A program made the translations under genes and the position numbers. From an uncultured Pseudomonadota bacterium (GTDB lineage Bacteria > Oederibacteriota > Muellerivitia > Muellerivitales > Muellerivitaceae), in assembly GCA_963770835.1 (NCBI GenBank), contig CAVYRH010000010.1, forward strand, positions 64,001 through 128,000: 64,000 nucleotides of DNA, given 5' to 3'. Position 1 is the stretch's first letter. Every line of letters starts with the position of its first letter. Shown here in pieces: positions 58,342 to 64,000 of the stretch. The notes under the pieces were generated by a model. That model was not told the origin of the DNA. It saw nothing but the letters and a program-made list of their open reading frames with translations, and searched no databases.

Positions 58342-59308
58342 ACAAGTACATTTACCGGTTCTTTTAAAGGAAACGGTGGAATGGTTGTCCCCCCCTCCTG
58401 ACGGGGTCGTGCTGGATTTGACGGTCGGGATGGGCGGCCACGCGCAGGAGCTGTTGAAACACCTGCCGCAGGGCCGCTTGGTTGGGTTGGACCAGGATGT
58501 CGATGCCCTTCAACACGCCGGCCGAGCACTCAGGAAAGACCCACGGGTCTCCCTGTTCAAGGCTAACTTCGCCGACCTCCTGTGGGTGCTGAGAGAACTC
58601 TCGATCAGCGAGGTTAACAGCGTGTTGATGGATATCGGCGTATCCTCACTACAATTAGACACGGCGCAACGCGGCTTTTCCTTCAGCCAGGATGGCCCCC
58701 TGGACATGCGCATGGACCCCCACGCGGGCCACTCGGCCGCCTGGGTCGTGAATACCTACCCGGAAGAAAAGCTCTCCAAAGTCATCTTTGAATTCGGCGA
58801 GGAGCCCAAAGCCCGCGCCCTGGCCCGCGCCATCGTCAAGGCCCGGGGAGAAAAGCACATCGAAACAACCGGCGAGCTCGCCGCCCTGGCCCTGCGGGTT
58901 TGTGGAAAGCCCCGTTCCAAGCGGGGGGAGCATTCCCGGCACCCGGCCACCCGCCTTTTCCAAGCCATCCGCATCGAAGTCAACCGCGAGCTGGAGGTCC
59001 TTGAAAAAGGCCTTAAAACAGCCCTTTCCTTCTTAAAGCCGGGCGGCCGCATCGCCGTCATCACCTTTCATTCGCTGGAAGACCGCATCGTTAAGCAGTT
59101 CTTCAAAGCTGAAGCCACTGATTGCCTTTGCCCCCCGGACATTCCCCAATGCGTGTGCGGCCATAAGGCCTCGCTCAAGATATTGACCGGAAAGCCGGTG
59201 ACGGCCTCCGAGGCGGAAGTGCAGCAAAACCCCCGGGCCCGAAGCGCCAAGCTGAGGGTGGCGGAGAAACTTCAGTCGACAGTCGACAGTTGGCAGCCGA
59301 CAGCTTAA
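58331..59308 (+). CDS. rsmH: 16S rRNA m4C1402 methyltransferase
   Basis: HLPVLL.E, D.GVSS.QLD, LDMRMD, FHSLEDR.VK, NPRARSAKLR. Confidence 0.96.
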   Translation: MKAEQVHLPVLLKETVEWLSPPPDGVVLDLTVGMGGHAQELLKHLPQGRLVGLDQDVDALQHAGRALRKDPRVSLFKANFADLLWVLRELSISEVNSVLMDIGVSSLQLDTAQRGFSFSQDGPLDMRMDPHAGHSAAWVVNTYPEEKLSKVIFEFGEEPKARALARAIVKARGEKHIETTGELAALALRVCGKPRSKRGEHSRHPATRLFQAIRIEVNRELEVLEKGLKTALSFLKPGGRIAVITFHSLEDRIVKQFFKAEATDCLCPPDIPQCVCGHKASLKILTGKPVTASEAEVQQNPRARSAKLRVAEKLQSTVDSWQPTA

Positions 59309-59324
59309 AAGGCGAAGAGGAACC

Positions 59325-59756
59325 ATGCAGACAACCGACACGCTGAATATCGGGATGAAAAAGGCGGGGGAAATCCTCGATGCGGGCCTTTTTTGGCGCG
59401 GCAACCTGGCCAAAGCCGTCAGGCGCCGGGATTTCAAAGGGACCCTCTGGGGTGTCCTGGCCCTGAGCCTCTTCCTCTTCTTCTATGTCTGGCAGCATAT
59501 GCAGGTGGTCAAGCTCGGTTACGAGGTGCAAGGGCTCAAAATGGAAAAACAACAGCTGACCAACCAGTATTACTACCTCAGGTACCAGATGTACGACGTG
59601 AACAGCCTGACAAGGGTGGAACAGGTCGCGAGGGAACAATTGGGGATGGTGACGCCCCGCGGGGACCAGATCGTGATCCTGGATGACGGCGCGCATTTTT
59701 ACCCCAAGTGGTTTTCGTTTTGGACCGCTACCATGAAAAAAACGGATAAGCCATGA
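59325..59756 (+). CDS. ftsL: Cell division protein FtsL
   Basis: TM helix, coiled coil, RVEQVAREQLGM..P; dcw position. Confidence 0.85.
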   Translation: MQTTDTLNIGMKKAGEILDAGLFWRGNLAKAVRRRDFKGTLWGVLALSLFLFFYVWQHMQVVKLGYEVQGLKMEKQQLTNQYYYLRYQMYDVNSLTRVEQVAREQLGMVTPRGDQIVILDDGAHFYPKWFSFWTATMKKTDKP

Positions 59757-61894
59757 GCGGATTGAAAAATTACTCCCGAATGCAAAAGCGCCTTTTACTG
59801 CTGGAGGCCTGTGTCCTTTGCGCCGTGTTTTGTGTGGAAGGCCGCCTAGTCTACCTACAGGTGTTTAAACACACGGAATTCCGCCAACTGGCCTACCACC
59901 AGCAATACACGCCCCGGGAAACCAGTCCCTCCCGCGGCGTCATCGAGGATAGGTCGGGGGCCTTGCTAGCGGTGAACATCGACCTCTTTAATGTTTGCGC
60001 CCATCCCAGCCAGATTACGGACAAGGCTTCCACGGCGGCGGCCCTATCCCGGGCCTTGGGACAACCTTACAGCGAGGTGCTTTCCAAGATTTCCGGCGAC
60101 AAACCCTTTGCTTGGGTGGCCCGCCAAGTGCCCTATGAAAGATCAGAGGCGGTGGAAAGCTTGAAACTCCAGGGCATCGAGGCTTCGCGAGAGGAAAGGC
60201 GCTTTTATCCCGACCATGAGATGGCCGCCCACGTGCTGGGGTTCGCCGGTATCGACAACCAGGGATTGAGCGGGTTGGAACGTTCCTACGACGGAAATTT
60301 GACCGGAAAAAAAGGATTCGTCATGGCCGAGCGGGACGCACGGGGCCGTTTGGTCTTGGCCGACAACAAGTCCGTGAAGGCCAGCGTGGACGGATTGAAC
60401 GTCGTCACCACGCTGGACAAGACTATCCAGCATATCGCACAGGTCGAGTTGGAAAAGGCCTTCGAGAAATACCGCTGCAAGGCGGCCTCCATTGTGGTAA
60501 TGGACCCCCATACGGGTCAAATCCTGGCCCTGGCCAACTACCCCAATTTCGACCCGAATCATTTCAACGCGGTATCCGGGGAATGCTGGAAAGACCGCGT
60601 GGTGAACGACGAATTCGAGCCAGGCAGCACTTTCAAGCTGATCGCGGCGGTGGGAGCCCTGGAAGAGGGCGTGGTGAACGAGGACGATAAGTTTTTCTGC
60701 GAAAACGGGGCTTATCACACCGATTACGGCCGCACCGTGACCGACCACGAGAAGTACGGCTGGCTGACCTTCCGGGAAATCTTCGGCTATTCCAGCAACA
60801 TCGGCATGGTGAAGGTCAGTACCAAGCTCGGGAAAGAAAATCTCTACCGCTACGCCAAACGATTCGGCATCGGGGACCTGACGGGCATCGACTTGCCGGG
60901 CGAGGCACCCGGCAAATTGAGGCCCTTGGACAAATGGAGCGGCTTGTCGCTGACCTCCATCCCCTATGGCTACGAGGTCTCAACGACTCCCATCCAGATG
61001 CTCACCGCCTATGCCGCCATCGCCAACGGCGGCATCATGATGAAGCCCTATGTGGTCAAGGCTTTGGAAACCTCCGACGGGAAGGTAGTCAAGGAATTCG
61101 AGCCCGAAAGAATCCGGCGGGTTTGTTCGCCCCGGACCGTGAAGCGCATCACCGAGATGATGAAATGGGCCGTGGAAAAAGGGACGGGCACGGCGGTGGC
61201 CCTTCCGTCCTACTCCATCGCGGGAAAAACAGGCACGGCCTATAAGTTCATGAACGGCAAGTATTCCAAGTACAACTATGTTTCCTCCTTTATTGGTTTC
61301 GTGCCGGCCGAGAACCCGAAATTCGCCATTTACGTTTCATTGGACGATCCCAGGGGCATTTACTGGGGCGGCTACACGGCCGGACCGGTTTTTAAAGAAG
61401 TTGCCAAACGGGCCTTGGTCTATGACCTGGTCCCGGGTGAGAACCAAGTGCCGGAGATGGGTCTGGCCCAAGAACAACATTCCGTTCCCGCTTTCACGGG
61501 TTTGACTCCCGAACAGTGCAAATGGCTGGCCCAAGAGGACGGCCTTAAAATCAAATTTAACGGCAAGGGTGAGCGCGTGGTGTCGCAATCCCAACCCGCC
61601 GGGGAAGCGCTGCAATCGGAAAACAACAAACCGGCCAAGCTGTTTTTGACCCTGGGCGAACCCCAAGGGGAAAACGCCAAAGGTGTCATGCCGGAATTAA
61701 AGGGAAAGACTAAACGCCAGGCGCTGGCCCTTTTGGCGCCCTTGGGGATGCACGTGAATTTCAAGGGCGAGGGCGTGGTGCGGTCGCAGTTTCCGCCCGC
61801 GGGCCGGGCGGTCCAAAATGGAACGCCCTGTGACCTGAGCTGTGAGGTGCCCGTGGCCAATATGGCTTCCGCCGGCAGGGAGGGGAATTCATGA
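59753..61894 (+). CDS. ftsI: Class B penicillin-binding protein with two PASTA domains
   Basis: EPGSTFK, SSN, GKTGT. Confidence 0.93.
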   Translation: MSGLKNYSRMQKRLLLLEACVLCAVFCVEGRLVYLQVFKHTEFRQLAYHQQYTPRETSPSRGVIEDRSGALLAVNIDLFNVCAHPSQITDKASTAAALSRALGQPYSEVLSKISGDKPFAWVARQVPYERSEAVESLKLQGIEASREERRFYPDHEMAAHVLGFAGIDNQGLSGLERSYDGNLTGKKGFVMAERDARGRLVLADNKSVKASVDGLNVVTTLDKTIQHIAQVELEKAFEKYRCKAASIVVMDPHTGQILALANYPNFDPNHFNAVSGECWKDRVVNDEFEPGSTFKLIAAVGALEEGVVNEDDKFFCENGAYHTDYGRTVTDHEKYGWLTFREIFGYSSNIGMVKVSTKLGKENLYRYAKRFGIGDLTGIDLPGEAPGKLRPLDKWSGLSLTSIPYGYEVSTTPIQMLTAYAAIANGGIMMKPYVVKALETSDGKVVKEFEPERIRRVCSPRTVKRITEMMKWAVEKGTGTAVALPSYSIAGKTGTAYKFMNGKYSKYNYVSSFIGFVPAENPKFAIYVSLDDPRGIYWGGYTAGPVFKEVAKRALVYDLVPGENQVPEMGLAQEQHSVPAFTGLTPEQCKWLAQEDGLKIKFNGKGERVVSQSQPAGEALQSENNKPAKLFLTLGEPQGENAKGVMPELKGKTKRQALALLAPLGMHVNFKGEGVVRSQFPPAGRAVQNGTPCDLSCEVPVANMASAGREGNS

Positions 61895-63372
61895 AATTCC
61901 TGGCCCTGTCCAAAAAATTGAAAGGCGCGAAGGTGGTAGGAAAGGGAAACCCGGTTCTGAGCGGCATCTCCGAAAACTCCAAAGCGACCCAACCGGGAGA
62001 ACTCTTCGTTTGCATTCCGGGAGCAAAGGCGGACGGCCGGGCCTATGCCGAGGAGGCGGTTCAATTGGGAGCCAAGGCCGTGGTCGTCCAAGAGAATCCC
62101 CTCAAGGGCCTCGCCGTGCCCCAACTGGTGGTCAAAGACAGCCGTGAAGCCATTGCCCGCCTGGCCCATTTTTACTACGTGAATCCCTCGAAAAAGGTCA
62201 AGACGATCGGAGTGACAGGCACCAAGGGTAAAACTACGACCACTTATCTCATCCGCGCCATCTTGGAAAGGGTGGGGCAGCCGGCCGGGTTGATCGGCAC
62301 CATCGCTTACCAGATCGGCTCGAAGGTTTACGAGGCCAACAACACCACCCCCTCCTCCCTGACTATCGTGAAACTTTTGGACGAGATGCGCCGCCAAAAA
62401 TGCAAATGGGCGGTCATGGAGGTTTCCTCCCACGCGCTGGAAATGAAGCGGGTCCTGGGGGTCGAATTCGCGGGAGCGGTTTTCACCAACCTGGGGCGGG
62501 ACCACCTGGACTACCACAAGAATTTCGCCAATTACTTCCTGGCCAAGCGCCGCCTTTTCACGGAGTTCAAAACCGTCAAGGCCCGTGCCGTCAATGCCGA
62601 CGATCCTTATGGCCAAAAACTATTGAGGGAATTGAAATCCAAGGCGGTGGGTTACGGCATCAAGAACAAATGCGCCTACCGGGCAACCAACGTGGAGCAC
62701 AAACCGGGTTTGATCCGTTTTGAGGTCCAGGGCCAGAAATTTGAGGCGCCCTTGACGGGCCTCTTCAACATTTACAACTCGCTGGCGGCCCTATCGGTGT
62801 TAAGGGAACTGGGCCTTTCCTGGGAAGCGTTGAAGGACGGCTTGAAGCACGCTCCCGCCGTTCCGGGACGGTTCGAGGAAGTTTCGGCGGGACAGGAATT
62901 CACGGTTTTGGTGGATTACGCCCATACCCCCGACGCATTGAAACAGGCCCTGGTTGCCTCCCGGGAGATCTTGGGGAAAAAGAGCCATCACCGGCTGATT
63001 TCGGTCTTTGGATGTGGTGGGGATAGGGACAAAACCAAACGACCCCTCATGGGGAAGATTTCCACCCAATTGGCCGACTTGACGGTAGTGACATCGGACA
63101 ATCCCCGGACGGAAAAACCCTCGGCCATTTTGGGGGACATCTTGCGGGGCATTCCCCAGCCCTTGATGCAAAACGGCCACCGGCGGGTTTGGGTGGAAGA
63201 GGAGAGAGGGGCGGCCATTCGCCAAGCCCTGTCCATGGCCCAAAAAGGGGATCTGGTTTTGATTGCCGGCAAAGGGCATGAGACTTACCAGATTATCGGA
63301 AACGAGAAACACCATTTCGACGACCGGGAAGTTGCCAGGGAAATATTGAAGAAGATGACGAAGGCATCCTAG
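61891..63372 (+). CDS. murE: UDP-MurNAc-dipeptide:meso-DAP ligase
   Basis: GTKGKTT, MEVSSH, DHLDYH, DYAHTPD, DNPR. Confidence 0.96.
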   Translation: MKFLALSKKLKGAKVVGKGNPVLSGISENSKATQPGELFVCIPGAKADGRAYAEEAVQLGAKAVVVQENPLKGLAVPQLVVKDSREAIARLAHFYYVNPSKKVKTIGVTGTKGKTTTTYLIRAILERVGQPAGLIGTIAYQIGSKVYEANNTTPSSLTIVKLLDEMRRQKCKWAVMEVSSHALEMKRVLGVEFAGAVFTNLGRDHLDYHKNFANYFLAKRRLFTEFKTVKARAVNADDPYGQKLLRELKSKAVGYGIKNKCAYRATNVEHKPGLIRFEVQGQKFEAPLTGLFNIYNSLAALSVLRELGLSWEALKDGLKHAPAVPGRFEEVSAGQEFTVLVDYAHTPDALKQALVASREILGKKSHHRLISVFGCGGDRDKTKRPLMGKISTQLADLTVVTSDNPRTEKPSAILGDILRGIPQPLMQNGHRRVWVEEERGAAIRQALSMAQKGDLVLIAGKGHETYQIIGNEKHHFDDREVAREILKKMTKAS

Positions 63373-64000
63373 TGCTTCCCTGGACTTTGAGGGAAGCGGC
63401 GGCACTGGTGAACGGGCGGCTGGTGAAAGAAGAAGCTGAGACCCGAATTACGGGCGTTTCGCACGACACAAGGAACGTAAAGCGGGGGGATCTCTTCGTT
63501 GCCATCGTGGGGGCCCGGTTGGACGGGCACCGGTTTTTAAGGCAGGCGGCCCGGAAGGGAGCCAAGGCGGCGGTGGTTTCAAGGCTCATGCCGGGGAACC
63601 TGCCGCAAATTCTGGTGAAGAACACGACGGAGGCTTTGGGGCAAATGGGGAGGGCCCAAAGGCTCCAGTGGGACGGGCCAGTGGTGGCGGTGACAGGCAG
63701 CGTGGGAAAAACCACGGTGAAGGACATGACGGCCCACCTCCTGAAAGGATCCTTCCGGGTCTTGAAGACCCAGGGGAACCTGAACAATCAATGGGGCCTG
63801 CCGCTCACCCTGTTGAAACTGACGAAGGAGCATGAGGCAGCGGTAGTGGAAATAGGGATCAATCATCCGGGGGAAATGGAAAAGTTGTCCGAGATTACCC
63901 GGCCGGATGTGGCGGTGGTGACCGTCATCGGGGAATCGCACATGGGGTTTTTCAAGAGCCGCCGGCACTTGGCGGAGGAGAAGCAGAAGATCGCGGCACA
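63372..64000 (+). CDS. murF: UDP-MurNAc-tripeptide:D-Ala-D-Ala ligase, truncated by window end
   Basis: My translation from GTG at 63372: DTR..GDLFVA..G..DGH, VTGSVGKTTVK, GNLNNQWGLP. Confidence 0.93.
   Translation, partial: MLPWTLREAAALVNGRLVKEEAETRITGVSHDTRNVKRGDLFVAIVGARLDGHRFLRQAARKGAKAAVVSRLMPGNLPQILVKNTTEALGQMGRAQRLQWDGPVVAVTGSVGKTTVKDMTAHLLKGSFRVLKTQGNLNNQWGLPLTLLKLTKEHEAAVVEIGINHPGEMEKLSEITRPDVAVVTVIGESHMGFFKSRRHLAEEKQKIAA

Overview
GC-rich chromosomal window from a probably diderm bacterium (PorV-like barrel, lipoproteins, flagellar hook paralog, DAP-type MurE). The many Thr/Pro-stalk secreted proteins recall candidate lineages such as FCPU426, but that is an unverified impression. 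1-7481: right end of an integrative element at tRNA-Asp (IS5, PD-(D/E)XK-like nuclease, Fic, excisionase, tyrosine integrase, duplicated tRNA 3' half). 7.8-37.6 kb: accessory region with a marR-emrAB efflux operon, four surface lipoproteins (three with NHL repeats), a phd-vapC pair, many small hypothetical genes, a 1.1-kaa secreted protein and several families of dispersed structured repeats. 37.9-44.5 kb: orphan flgE, ECF sigma, anti-sigma ending in a FlgD-Ig/T9SS-type domain, CTD-bearing NHL protein and PorV/PorQ-TPR protein. 44.7-56.8 kb: ABC-2 exporter and housekeeping genes (FKBP, pfkA, hisN-like, glpK). 57-64 kb: start of the dcw cluster, with two atypical STAS genes between mraZ and rsmH. 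Best leads: the ECF/anti-sigma/PorV module, the STAS pair in dcw, a covarying hairpin pair in the island, a dispersed covarying ACACCCAAA element, and a palindrome array at 20.2-20.9 kb. Four interrupted genes (two frameshifts, two in-frame TAGs) may be assembly errors. All family calls come from motif recognition by eye; no database search was run.
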